NCBI GenBank assembly: GCA_965140445.1
Contig: OZ223236.1
Location: forward strand, 4,608,001 to 4,672,000
Reading direction: 5' to 3'
Length of the DNA: 64,000 nucleotides
Origin: Candidatus Ozemobacteraceae bacterium
GTDB taxonomy: Bacteria > Muiribacteriota > Ozemobacteria > Ozemobacterales > Ozemobacteraceae
Shown: positions 20,011-30,800 of the stretch, in pieces
Position numbering within the stretch: the first letter of the stretch is position 1
How the letters are laid out: each line of letters opens with the position of its first letter
Translations under genes and position numbers: made by a program
The notes under the pieces: model-generated
Seen by the model: the letters and a program-made list of their open reading frames with translations, nothing else
Databases searched by the model: none
What the model was told of the DNA's origin: nothing

Positions 20011-20454
20011 CTATCCAAGATCAACTTTGACCTTGAAAAGCCTTCGAGATGGAAAAAGTAAAACTTCATCAATTCCAGTCTCTTCTTTGATCTGTTTGAC
20101 AATTTTCTTTTGCTCGTCAATTGTCTTAGCAATAATTGTAAACCACATATTTGGCTCACCTTCTCTGAGATAATTATGAGTTATCTCTGAGAAACGGCCA
20201 AGAATTTCAGCAACAAAATCAATCTTATCTTCAGGAACATTCATAGCAGCTAGTGCACCTTTGTATCCCATCTTTCTGCTATTAAAAAATGGGCCCAAAT
20301 GTCTTATTGTTCCGTCTTGAATCATCCTGGCTATTCTGGATATAACTGAGACCTGGTCCATCCACAATTTGTCTCCCAGAACTTTGTATGGCTCTGGATC
20401 CAAAGGAAATTTGCCCTGGAGAAGCTGCAGTATTTCTCGATCTTTTTCGTCCAT
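20011..20454 (-). CDS. ahbA: Siroheme decarboxylase alpha subunit
   Basis: LQGKFPL..PY and ITHNYLRE..NMWFT motifs; adjacent to ahbB. Confidence 0.85.
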   Translation of the reverse strand: MDEKDREILQLLQGKFPLDPEPYKVLGDKLWMDQVSVISRIARMIQDGTIRHLGPFFNSRKMGYKGALAAMNVPEDKIDFVAEILGRFSEITHNYLREGEPNMWFTIIAKTIDEQKKIVKQIKEETGIDEVLLFPSRRLFKVKVDLG

Positions 20455-20520
20455 CAGGTTTCAACCTTCCTTTTAGTGTACATTTTATCTATTTTTTTTT
20501 GCGGAATATAAATATACTAA

Positions 20521-21546
20521 CTATTTCCCTAAATGGCCAGTGCTTAAGTCACAATTTGGATCTTCTGCCATAAAACTTCCATTAACAGCGTAAGCTCTGG
20601 CCCTGCATCCTCCGCACGCAACGTTGAATTTGCAGTTCCCACAACTACCTGTTAGCTTCTCTGGATTTCTCATTTCAATTAATTCAGGACTATGTTGGTA
20701 AATTTCGTCAAAGCTTTTTTCGCGAATGTTTCCCACAACCAGGTCAAAATATCCACAAGGCTTTACATCACCTTTATAGCTTACAAAAGCAAATCCCATC
20801 CCTGCCATACAGCTTCTTCCTCTAGCTCCTGCAGTTTTACCAATCTCAGCCCTGATTCTTGAGTATTGGGGTGCACATGTTACTTTAACTGGTATTTCCC
20901 AATCATCTGATTCAGTAGCAACATAACGCAAAACTTTTTCAATTTCTGCGGCTTTCAAGTCAATTTCCCCACTGCTTTGAGATGCCCGCCCTGTAGGTAC
21001 AATGAAAAATAAATGCCAGGCTGATGCCCCAAGTGAAATAACCCAATCCTTGAATTCTGCTAATCTATCAAAATTTGATGGCAAAATAGTGGTATTAATT
21101 TGAAATGACATCCCCATTTCTTTGATCTTTTGGAAGGAATCAAGCGCATACTGGAAGGCCCCGTCCTTCCTTACAAATTCATCGTGGGTTTTTCCGTCAA
21201 TTGAATGCATGCTGAAGCTAAAATGACAAATTCCAGCCTTTTTTAACGATTCCAATCGCGCATCAGTCAATAATTCCCCATCATTACACGAGACAACAGG
21301 CCTATGGCCAAGTTTTACTGCATATTCAGCAACTTCCTCCAGATCATCTCTGAGAAGAGGTTCCCCTCCGCTTAGAATAACGATAGCTGGCCCTATTTTA
21401 GCTGCATCTTCAAGCATTTTAAATGCTTCTGCTGTAGATAATTCATCAGAATCCCTGGAATCAACCGCTGCTGCTCTACAGTGAGGACATGCCAATGTAC
21501 ACGCTCTTGTTGTTTCCCATGCCATTACCCTTAATCTATTTTTCAT
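20521..21546 (-). CDS. ahbD: Radical SAM/SPASM heme b synthase (AhbD-like)
   Basis: AWETTRACTLACPHCRA (CxxxCxxC), TCAPQY and SPASM Cys cluster (CGNC...CGGCRARA); the ATG overlaps the hemB stop. Confidence 0.8.
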   Translation of the reverse strand: MKNRLRVMAWETTRACTLACPHCRAAAVDSRDSDELSTAEAFKMLEDAAKIGPAIVILSGGEPLLRDDLEEVAEYAVKLGHRPVVSCNDGELLTDARLESLKKAGICHFSFSMHSIDGKTHDEFVRKDGAFQYALDSFQKIKEMGMSFQINTTILPSNFDRLAEFKDWVISLGASAWHLFFIVPTGRASQSSGEIDLKAAEIEKVLRYVATESDDWEIPVKVTCAPQYSRIRAEIGKTAGARGRSCMAGMGFAFVSYKGDVKPCGYFDLVVGNIREKSFDEIYQHSPELIEMRNPEKLTGSCGNCKFNVACGGCRARAYAVNGSFMAEDPNCDLSTGHLGK

Positions 21547-22532
21547 CAATTATTTTTCTCCAAAAGCCAGTTCACTACCTCAGGAGTAAAGTATGAAATA
21601 ATTAAATCAGCTCCGGCGCGCTTCATTGCAAATAAAGATTCAAGAACCACATCCTTTTCATTAATCCAGTTCTTTTCAGCAGCAGCTTTGATCATTGAGT
21701 ATTCTCCAGAAACCTGATAAACAGACAATGGACAGTCAAATTGCTCTCTGGCTTTTAAAAGAATATCCAGATAAGCAATTCCAGGCTTAACCATTAAAAT
21801 GTCAGCCCCTTCCTGCAAGTCAAATTCCATTTCGACAATAGCTTCACGAGAATTGGCAAAATTCATCTGATATCCACGTCTATCGCCTTTTCCCGGAGCA
21901 GAACCTGCAGCTTCCCTGAAAGGCCCATAAAATGCAGAAGCATATTTCGCCGAGTATGACATTATGGGAATATTTTCATAACCAGCCTTGTCCAACTCTC
22001 CCCGCATGTGCCCAATTCTTCCATCCATCATGTCAGAAGGAGCGATCATGTCAGCTCCAGCTTCAGCATGGGCGCAAGCCATTCTACTCAAATAAATTAA
22101 TGAGTCATCATTGCATACAACCCCATCTTCTAATGGAATTCCACAATGTCCGTGGTCTGTATAAGCGCAAAGACAAACATCTGTAATCAAATAGGCTTCT
22201 GGGACTGTTTTCTTAATTTCTTTAATAGCTTTTGCGATTACGGAGTTTGCAATCCAAGCTGAACTACCCTCTTTGTCTTTTTTAGAAGGAATTCCAAACA
22301 ATAAAAAAGATTTTACCCCATTCTCATAAAGCCCTTTTACGTGCTCTGCAATTTTGGAAACTGGCCATCGAAATTGCCCTGGCATAGCATTGATCTGTTC
22401 AGGAGAACTAAGCTCTTCTGCAATAAAAATTGGATAAATCAAATTTTCTGGATTTAAAACCACATCCTGAGTCATCTTACGGATTCTAGAGTCTATTCTT
22501 AAGCGCCTTGGGCGATGTACTGGGAAACTCAC
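21546..22532 (-). CDS. hemB: Porphobilinogen synthase
   Basis: RPRRLR, DVCLCAYTDHGHCG, APSDMMDGR, SYSAKYASAFYGPFR and YQVSGEY motifs; GTG start at 22532 after GGAGG. Confidence 0.97.
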   Translation of the reverse strand: MSFPVHRPRRLRIDSRIRKMTQDVVLNPENLIYPIFIAEELSSPEQINAMPGQFRWPVSKIAEHVKGLYENGVKSFLLFGIPSKKDKEGSSAWIANSVIAKAIKEIKKTVPEAYLITDVCLCAYTDHGHCGIPLEDGVVCNDDSLIYLSRMACAHAEAGADMIAPSDMMDGRIGHMRGELDKAGYENIPIMSYSAKYASAFYGPFREAAGSAPGKGDRRGYQMNFANSREAIVEMEFDLQEGADILMVKPGIAYLDILLKAREQFDCPLSVYQVSGEYSMIKAAAEKNWINEKDVVLESLFAMKRAGADLIISYFTPEVVNWLLEKNN

Positions 22533-22600
22533 TTTTGCCCTCCAAATATTTTTTAAAATTGTACCATTATTTTTCAATCTGTACCATTTTTTATAACAGA

Positions 22601-22629
22601 TTGACCCAAGCCCTAACATTGTGTACAAT
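22601..22629 (+). promoter_or_regulatory. sigma70-type promoter
   Basis: TTGACC-N17-TACAAT upstream of the 22661 CDS. Confidence 0.6.
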
Positions 22630-22660
22630 TAATATATAGATAGAAAAAAGGAATAAGCTT

Positions 22661-23023
22661 ATGAAAGCAAATTCGGTAAGCAATCAAGTCAATATAGCAC
22701 CAATCGTTCGACAACAAAAAGCGACTGTCGAAGCTGGGAAGCGAGCGAATCAAGCTGCAAATGCTATGACTGCAGCAAAACCTGAACAGAAAGCAAAAAC
22801 TGTTCCTAGATACATGCAAGCGCAGAAGTCAGCACAATCAGCACGTAGAGCAGAACAAAATACCAAGCTTGCAGTTGTAAAACAATCCACAAAACAAATG
22901 AATGTTCAAACCAAAATGAACGGAACCAAATCTAACAAATTGATGGTAGGTTTAATTGCCCCCCCTGGCACCAAGCCTTCGTCAATGCAGAAACTTGGCC
23001 AATTCATTGACAAACTGGCATAA
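22661..23023 (+). CDS. Small basic Gln/Ala/Lys-rich hypothetical protein
   Basis: AAGGA SD, own promoter and terminator; C-terminus LGQFIDKLA. Confidence 0.7.
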   Translation: MKANSVSNQVNIAPIVRQQKATVEAGKRANQAANAMTAAKPEQKAKTVPRYMQAQKSAQSARRAEQNTKLAVVKQSTKQMNVQTKMNGTKSNKLMVGLIAPPGTKPSSMQKLGQFIDKLA

Positions 23024-23061
23024 AAAAAATCCCCCAAACTAAAAGTTTGGGGGATTTTTTT
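23022..23061. terminator. Bidirectional intrinsic terminator
   Basis: AAAAAAATCCCCCAAACT-AAA-AGTTTGGGGGATTTTTTT. Confidence 0.9.
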
Positions 23062-23067
23062 ATTGTT

Positions 23068-24825
23068 TTAATCGTTAAAGAAAAGTTGCTCATCCTCAAG
23101 CTTCATTAAAGGCATAAGATCACTCTCTGAAGATTCATTTGATGAAACCGATTCAAACTTCATCAGTTCAATCTGGGGCTCATCACTTTCCAGATTGTCA
23201 TAACTTATTTGAATACTATCAGATTGGAGTTCAGGATCTTCCTCAATTATTGCAACTTCTGTGCTATTCATTGAAACATCTTCTGGGCCATTTTCCTTTT
23301 CATTAAAGAAAAAGTTTCCCCCAAGCTCTTCTTTGAGAATATTCATTTCTGACTGCATTAAACCACTCTGATCTATTTTCTCCTGATTCTCAGGGGTTTC
23401 TGAATATAATACTGTCGTTCTGGTTTGTGGGGCTCTGGCTTTTGCGACAACAACATTTTTAGATTCATCAGATCTACTTTTATTTTGCTTTCCGCCAAGA
23501 AGAAACAATGGCAGCTTTTCCTGTGATGCCGATTGAGCTTTCCTTGAAGCATATTCATTTCTGGTTTCAATGCTGACCAAAGGACTTGATGAGGATAAGC
23601 CTGTATTTTGCACCTGAGCCATTTCAGAGCGCATTGCTGCAATATCCTCTTTAACTCTTTGATATAAACCACTTACCTGGTTCAATGAATATGCTGAAAT
23701 CTGATTGTTTTCATTTCCACCATTTGATTCATTTTGACTAAACTTTAGAGCTTCAGAAGCCTTCGCCGTTAAACCCTGAACTAAGTGCGTAAATTGCTGA
23801 GAAGCATTTCTGACCTGGGAATCCCCAATACTTAGAGTATTGCTTATTCCTGTTAAAGTGTTTTTCAGAGTATTAAGTTGAATATAAATTTTTTCACGCG
23901 TAGGTGTAGGTAAGTTTACTAATGGAAACTGTTGAATCGCAAAGTGATCTGAGAACTTCAAAGTGTTTTTAACAATAGTTTTAACGGAAATTAAACCAGA
24001 ATTTAATTGCTCACAAGAACTTTGAATATTTAATAGAAGCCCTTTAAATGCCTCTGAATTTGATTGATTCTGCTTCATAAGTTGCTTGGAAGTCTGAACA
24101 AACATATCAAGAGCAGGAATTGAAAGTGAAGGAATCAGCTCTAAAGTTTCATACGATTTTGCACTTACGCTAATTAGATTTTCTGAGCCAATAAGAGCTC
24201 TCTTTACCTGCATCGATTGCTCAGAGTTTGCGGCAGCAAGTTCATTTATTGACCGGTCAAGATTATCAAGTGTTTCCCTGCTTGGGGAAGTTATGACCCT
24301 GGAAATATTTGATAAATATCCCTTAAGTTTTTGATTATTCGCACTAATCTGGTTTACTGCCACGGCAGAATTTTTTATGCTTTCTTTGTAAAGCTGGGTA
24401 TCAAGAACAAAAAGCTTTCTTGTTATATCTTTTAAACCTTTATCGTTACTTTTCCCAATAAAAGCTCTGCACATTAATTCCAGCTTTTTTTTAGAATCGC
24501 TCCAATGTGCTTGTGCAAACTTATAAGGATCAAGATTTCCGCCTTGAATTGCTGCATTAGGGATTCCCATATCTGATTCGTTCATTTGAATCATATTAGA
24601 ATCTTGAACCACAAACTTTGTTTGAGCTTTTCTACCAGAGTCTTTTTTCCCTGATAAACCAAACCAGTCTAGTGGATTTGCAAGCAATGCACTTGTAGAA
24701 AATGCCAGCAATGCAGCTGAACAAATAATGGCTTTGCCAAGTTTAGAAATTTTCCGCCTGGAATAACGGTTGAATTTGCCTTTTATACTCAGTTGTTTAT
24801 CTATCTGAGTTTCTCTTCTGGACAT
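23068..24825 (-). CDS. Hypothetical helical/coiled-coil protein with signal-like segment and acidic tail
   Basis: AGGAGG SD before the ATG at 24825; hydrophobic AIICSAALLAFSTSALLA; long amphipathic helices. Confidence 0.75.
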   Translation of the reverse strand: MSRRETQIDKQLSIKGKFNRYSRRKISKLGKAIICSAALLAFSTSALLANPLDWFGLSGKKDSGRKAQTKFVVQDSNMIQMNESDMGIPNAAIQGGNLDPYKFAQAHWSDSKKKLELMCRAFIGKSNDKGLKDITRKLFVLDTQLYKESIKNSAVAVNQISANNQKLKGYLSNISRVITSPSRETLDNLDRSINELAAANSEQSMQVKRALIGSENLISVSAKSYETLELIPSLSIPALDMFVQTSKQLMKQNQSNSEAFKGLLLNIQSSCEQLNSGLISVKTIVKNTLKFSDHFAIQQFPLVNLPTPTREKIYIQLNTLKNTLTGISNTLSIGDSQVRNASQQFTHLVQGLTAKASEALKFSQNESNGGNENNQISAYSLNQVSGLYQRVKEDIAAMRSEMAQVQNTGLSSSSPLVSIETRNEYASRKAQSASQEKLPLFLLGGKQNKSRSDESKNVVVAKARAPQTRTTVLYSETPENQEKIDQSGLMQSEMNILKEELGGNFFFNEKENGPEDVSMNSTEVAIIEEDPELQSDSIQISYDNLESDEPQIELMKFESVSSNESSESDLMPLMKLEDEQLFFND

Positions 24826-24909
24826 GTTTCCTCCTGAAAGGACGCCTTTTTTCCTATATATCGTCAAAATTAGACTTTAGATTAAGAGGTAAACCAGTGA
24901 TTTTTCTTT

Positions 24910-24926
24910 GTTGATAACTTATCAAC
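24910..24926. promoter_or_regulatory. Perfect palindrome (candidate operator) between divergent genes
   Basis: GTTGATAA-C-TTATCAAC immediately upstream of a TATAAT at 24930-24935. Confidence 0.5.
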
Positions 24927-24933
24927 GACTATA

Positions 24934-27867
24934 ATGAAAAGGATGTGTTCAAAAGAAAATTCAGCAAACAAGCTAAAAGAGAATAATTTAAGAGTTTCGC
25001 TCTTATTTATTTTTCTGTTTATAGGGTTATTTTCTGCAAACTTTTTTTTAAATTCGTATCTAAACCATGCCATTGAAACAGATGAATCATGGAGAAATAA
25101 CCTGGGTAAAAGTCTCAAATTTCAAGAATTATCAAAATTCAAAGAAGATTTAAAACCAAAATCATTATTGCCAGAAATTTTCAGCAAACTTGAACAAAGA
25201 TTAATTTACAGTACTCAAAAAAATAATTATTTTTGGGATCTTTATAGCGACAAAGACAAACCAAAGTTCACCGGCAAAAAGTTTTTGAAATTTCTAAAAC
25301 ATGAACTTTGCAAAAAAGGAATTAAGCCAAGTATGGTTTTTGCTTACGATGAAGATTCTGAAACTTCTGTAAGCCTTCTTAATGACGCCCCTTTGGAAAA
25401 AGTCCAACTTCCATACTTTTTTGAATGCATCAAGAGACAATGCCTGGCTTATGCAAAAATTCCATTTTATGAAGTTACAAGTGAAAGTGAAAATCCATCA
25501 GCCGCAATTTCCAGAATGCTTACAACATTCAACACAACAAAAGTCTTTTACGCTAAAGAGTTAAACACAATATTCACAGACCACAATTCATTCCAAAAAT
25601 TATTTCTATATTTCTCTCCAATTCTAAAAAATGATAAGTTTTATGGTTTTTACGGTGGTGTAATTTATGAATCAGACATAAACCCACAAATACTTCTAAA
25701 AAATGCTTTAAACAGGGTTGTCCCAAATGGAATCACCAGACATTATTTCTTCAAAAAAAATAAGCATGGAAAATCAAAAGAATATTTGTCAGCGGCGATC
25801 CCAAATTCATTTATTTCCATTAACCTTACCCGGAAACGAGCCGCCCGCCCCCAGAATATTTCGATACATTCGTACTCCAAACTTGCGGTTGCGCTAGACC
25901 ACAATTTTTTTGTTTCACCTTACAAGGAAATGGCAAAAAATGTAAATTTTGCATTTGGAATATCAGCACTTGTTTTAATAATGATTTGGTTCAAATCATT
26001 TCTACATGGCCTGATATTTCCAATAAACATAAGAAATAAATTTACCTTTCTCATCGCTCTAATTGTCATTTTCCCCAACATTTTCATCTATTATTTTGCA
26101 AAGTTTTCTTCTGATAATCTCTCTCACTTGAAAACAGCTGCAGCCAAAAACATTTTAGATAATAAATTAGACTTCATTGAGGAGTTAATGGCCGAAGGAG
26201 ACATAAGACAAGTATTACAAACTTTAGAATTAAAATCAAAGTTAACAAAAGAATTTAAGGGATTTGAAAATAAGGAAAAAATAGATTTTTCACCAAAGCT
26301 ACAAGCTACATTTAAAAATTTGACCAACAAAATCATTTTAATGGATTTAAATGGTAAGTTGTTCTCTCCCAGCTATGATACAGAATCAAGAAGATCAAGT
26401 ATTTTACAACTATGTAACATGGCCAAAATTCTCCAACACCTCGGAATGCTTAATCTAAATTCTGAATTAGCCAAATCACACCTAAAAACGGCCTCTTTAA
26501 CTGACGGATTCCTTGGAGAATATTGGAATTCCCTAAATCAAGCCAAAATTCTTGCAGCCGAAGGGGAAAATACTCTTCAACTAACGGCTTTGAATTATGT
26601 TTTACGCATGATTTATTTTTTGGTTCCCAACTTGGAAAGCAAAAGCTTCTCTCCTATTGGTGTATGCTTTACTACTTTTAGAAATTGTTACTATTTCTCA
26701 CAACTTTTCACAAAACTAGATGGTTATCCTCACAAAACCTTTAACTATTCAGAAAACGGTCTCAATTTTGAATTTTCAGTTGCAAATCGTGATGGCATCA
26801 GTGTTTTGGAAGAGTCTGTCTTTAGCAAAGGATCGTCTTCAACAAAATTGAAGAATCTTCTAAACACAGCAACAATATTAAAAAGTAAAGATTTCATAGT
26901 AAGAAGATTTGGAAATGAAACCTTTATCGGCGGTTGGAGATTCCTGCGGACAAAAACTCTCCTGATAGCTGGTAGCTGCAACTTTGTAAACGAGGACGAT
27001 AACTATTTCAAACTTGAAATTTTACCCTGGATTATTCTTTCATTTTCAATTCTCGTGTTATTGCTTTTATCAAAAATTCTCGCAACAATCTTTATTTCTC
27101 CATTAGACGCTCTTTTTAAAGGAGCCACCCTCGTTGATCAAAAAGAAAGATTTGAAACAAGAATCTATTCATCCAGTTATGACGAATTTGATGAATTAAC
27201 TAAAGCCTTTAATCAAATGAACAAAGGACTTCATGAAAAAAAACAGATTTCCAGATTTTTATCAAATCAACTCTTGTCTCATAGTAACGATGCTGCCTCA
27301 AACACCTTAGCCACAACAAAAGAGAAGAAAATGGCAATTTTATTTTCGGATATTCGAAATTTCACCACAATTTCAGAGAAATACAATGCAGAGGATGTGG
27401 TGGAGTTGTTAAATACCTATTTCACATCTATGGAAAAAGCTATCCTTGCCAACGGGGGCACAATAGAAAAGTTTATTGGTGACGCGATCTTCGCCTCATT
27501 TAGTGATGGAGATTTTGAGACAAAAGAAAAAAGAGCTTGCATGGCTGCGTTAGAAATGAAAAAACAACTTCATAAGTTTAATGAACAGAGAAAACAAAAT
27601 AACCTTTTTGAAATAGCTAACGGAGTTGGAATTTCAACAGGAAAAGTTTTTTCCGGCTCACTAGGAATCACAGGCAACCTGGAGTTTATTTTAACAGGAA
27701 AACAGATTGATTTAGCCGCACAACTGGAATCTATTTCAAAAAACTCAAAGCACATTGGGATAATTATCTCAAACGAAGTAGCTCAAGCCATTAAAAACGA
27801 TTTCCGTCTGGAAGCTCTTTCAGATGTTAGCATTGAAAATTGCCATGAGTTGGTTGGGGTTTCTTAA
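24934..27867 (+). CDS. 4TM-HAMP class III adenylate/guanylate cyclase, metal-binding (C1-like) half
   Basis: HAMP (DEFDELTKAFNQM), LFSDIRNFT and EKFIGDAI are present, but GKQIDLAAQL replaces GDxVNxAARL. The true start may be the ATG at 24943. Confidence 0.88.
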   Translation: MKRMCSKENSANKLKENNLRVSLLFIFLFIGLFSANFFLNSYLNHAIETDESWRNNLGKSLKFQELSKFKEDLKPKSLLPEIFSKLEQRLIYSTQKNNYFWDLYSDKDKPKFTGKKFLKFLKHELCKKGIKPSMVFAYDEDSETSVSLLNDAPLEKVQLPYFFECIKRQCLAYAKIPFYEVTSESENPSAAISRMLTTFNTTKVFYAKELNTIFTDHNSFQKLFLYFSPILKNDKFYGFYGGVIYESDINPQILLKNALNRVVPNGITRHYFFKKNKHGKSKEYLSAAIPNSFISINLTRKRAARPQNISIHSYSKLAVALDHNFFVSPYKEMAKNVNFAFGISALVLIMIWFKSFLHGLIFPINIRNKFTFLIALIVIFPNIFIYYFAKFSSDNLSHLKTAAAKNILDNKLDFIEELMAEGDIRQVLQTLELKSKLTKEFKGFENKEKIDFSPKLQATFKNLTNKIILMDLNGKLFSPSYDTESRRSSILQLCNMAKILQHLGMLNLNSELAKSHLKTASLTDGFLGEYWNSLNQAKILAAEGENTLQLTALNYVLRMIYFLVPNLESKSFSPIGVCFTTFRNCYYFSQLFTKLDGYPHKTFNYSENGLNFEFSVANRDGISVLEESVFSKGSSSTKLKNLLNTATILKSKDFIVRRFGNETFIGGWRFLRTKTLLIAGSCNFVNEDDNYFKLEILPWIILSFSILVLLLLSKILATIFISPLDALFKGATLVDQKERFETRIYSSSYDEFDELTKAFNQMNKGLHEKKQISRFLSNQLLSHSNDAASNTLATTKEKKMAILFSDIRNFTTISEKYNAEDVVELLNTYFTSMEKAILANGGTIEKFIGDAIFASFSDGDFETKEKRACMAALEMKKQLHKFNEQRKQNNLFEIANGVGISTGKVFSGSLGITGNLEFILTGKQIDLAAQLESISKNSKHIGIIISNEVAQAIKNDFRLEALSDVSIENCHELVGVS

Positions 27868-30800
27868 TGGAAAACAAAAATAGTATTAGAGTTTCAAATA
27901 GGATTTCACCAACTCTCTTACTCTTTGCGTTTTTCTGGTTAATAATTTTACCGGCAATGTTTTTGACTAAAACCTATACAGAGTTTAGCAAAACGTTTCT
28001 AAAAACATCATTAGATCAGTCTCTACCAAAAATGAAAAATGAAATGATGGAATTTAAGGAAGAACTGAAGCCAGAAGTGTGGCTCACAAAACAATTAAAA
28101 ACTTTAAATGAGAATATTAATTTTGTGAGTTTTTCAGAAAATGAAAAAAATGTAAAGTTAGAGCAATTTTCTTCTATAAAAGCCAGCTCTCTTGCAAAAA
28201 TTATACAGAAAAAATTAAAGCTGCCCGTATCTGCATTAATCTATCACGGCCCTGATACCAATGAAATCTCTACTTACAAAAACAAAAGTATGGATTTAAT
28301 TTTTAGATTTCCACCCAAAACACTTCTCAGAAGAGCTATGGCCTCAATTAATAGACAATATGAAATGAAGCCCATCAAGTTTTTCTCTACTGTAAAGGAA
28401 CTAAAACGCAATTTTACTAAGCTTCCTCCTGCACTTATCGATCAAAAACATAAGTTCTTGTTTCAAACCGCATTTGGAACAATCCACCCATTCAAAATAT
28501 CACCTGGTATAGTTTTTAAGACCATATCTGCTAGATTTGGAAAAACTGGACCACTGTTTTTTTTCTACCAGAAAGCAACAATTGGTAAAGAAGAAAATGA
28601 AAAAATCCTTGGCGGCTATTTGGTGATTTTTAGACTACAGGATATTTCCCCTGAACGAATCATTGCAGATGCCAAAAAAGCTAATTCAACAAGCATTTTC
28701 AAAAGGCACTTTATTTATTCCAAGAAAAGTATTGGCAAAATTGATGATCTTAGTTTTCATATTTCCAACCAGCTTTTTGAAACAAAAAGTTTTATCCAGA
28801 TAAAAAATGTTCCATCAGGAGAGCAAATGGTTCACCTGATACAAAGGGGAACAATAGTAACAAAAAACCTTAATGATATAAAAAAGCATTTTCCATATCT
28901 GTCTATCAGTCTGAGCAAAAAACACCTAAGACATTGGCTGGACAATAATGCGAAGGATATCTTTTTTCTTGTAAAGCTACTCGTTTTGGCAGCACTTTTT
29001 TTTATTGTCAGAATTCATCTTTTTGGACTGGATTTTAAAGCCTCAATAAAGGTAAAAATACTTCTAGCAAGTTTTACAGCGGGAATTCTTCCAATTTCCA
29101 CACTTGGTTTAAACCTTGCCATGAACCAACAGTTGGACCTAATCTCTCAGGAAGCACAGATAAAGCAACAGTTAGAGACAGAACAAGCTTTGATCACCGA
29201 AGAAATTCAGGAAGAACTAAACTCTTTACGAAATAGAATTTTGTTTCTTTCAGTTAAGTTGGAAAGCAGCAAAAACAATAGAATTAAAATTTTACAAAAT
29301 TGGTTAAATGAATCATGTGCAGATGAAATCACTGTGTCTGGGTTTGATGGAGAAAGCTTTTCGATTGTTTCACCCAATGCTGGCAGCGAAACCTTTGATA
29401 ATGCAGAAAGAACGGCACTAAATGTTTTTAGTAGCTCAGTTGTTGCTCTAATAAACAGATCAGAGGTTATGCAAAAAAACAACGTTAGAAATGAATCCCA
29501 ATTTGTCAAAAATTTAATCCTTTCCAACTCAAAAACCAATGCTCAAACAGCAAACCTTACGAATCAAGGAGAACTGGCCCAAGTTGAGCGAGGTTCTCCT
29601 GATTTCATGTTCTCAAGCTTCATTGTCTATTCGAGACAAAAGATCCCAGACCTGTTTGTAATTATTAGATTTAATACATTTAAACTAATTCAAAGCACTT
29701 TAAAACGGTTAATTGATTCTCATAAATTGGCTTCAAATTGGAGAGGTTTCTCTGTTGAGAATTTTCTCCTCGTATCACAATCATCTAAAACGAATAGACT
29801 TGTTCAATTCTATGCAAAATCCTCCAAACCAATAAATCTTGAAAAAATTTCTGAAAAACTGAATTTGGTTGCCAATAATAGAATGGCAATTCATTTTGAA
29901 AATCTGACATCAGACGGCAAACAATTCCTATACGCCAAAAAACATGAAATGTGGCCAATCACATTCATTTCTAAAACAACAATCCCAAAAGCAACCCTAC
30001 AAAAGAAACAACGCCAGTTTTTCCCAATATTGCTATTTCTCATTTCACTATGTGGATCCATTCTAATTTTCGCACAAATCCTATATGTAAAGCCTCTCGA
30101 AGAGCTGATAAAAGGATTGCAAAGAATTGCAAATGGAGACTTAAATTCAGAGATTTACTTACAAAGCTCAGATGAGCTTGAAACCCTGGCTCAAAAACTT
30201 AATCGCATGAGAAAAGGTCTTAAAGAAAAAGATAAATTGTCCCAATACATCAGCTCAGATGTTTTGAAAGAAATTGAAGAATCAGAAAATGCAGAACTCA
30301 AACCCGGGGGCGAAAGAATAACCGCAGCCATTTTATTTTTAGGACTAGTTTCTTCTAAGCGAGAATTGGAAGAAAACTACAATGAGCAAATGTTTTATCT
30401 TGAAAAGCTGGCTCAACTGTCAGCAGAATCTTCCCACATGTTCCATGGAATAATAGATAAAATAGTTGATAATTCCATAATGATAGTTTTCAGGGAGCAG
30501 GGTATTGAAAGCAACCTGTCGCTATTAGCCCTTAAAGCAACCAAACTCATAATTTCAAACTTCGAAAAGCTCTGCTCAAATAAAGCCTGGTTAATTAAAG
30601 CTGGAATAGATTGTGGAGAAGTTGTATCTGGGAAACTTGGTTCACTGACCGGAAAGCTTGATTACACTGTTATAGGTGATTCAGTGAATACTGCGGCAAG
30701 ATTGAAATCTATCCATCTGCCGGGCTCAGATCATCAAATACTTCTTACCCGCAAAATCTCTAACAATATTCCCAAAGAATTTAATCGTAAAACATTAGGA

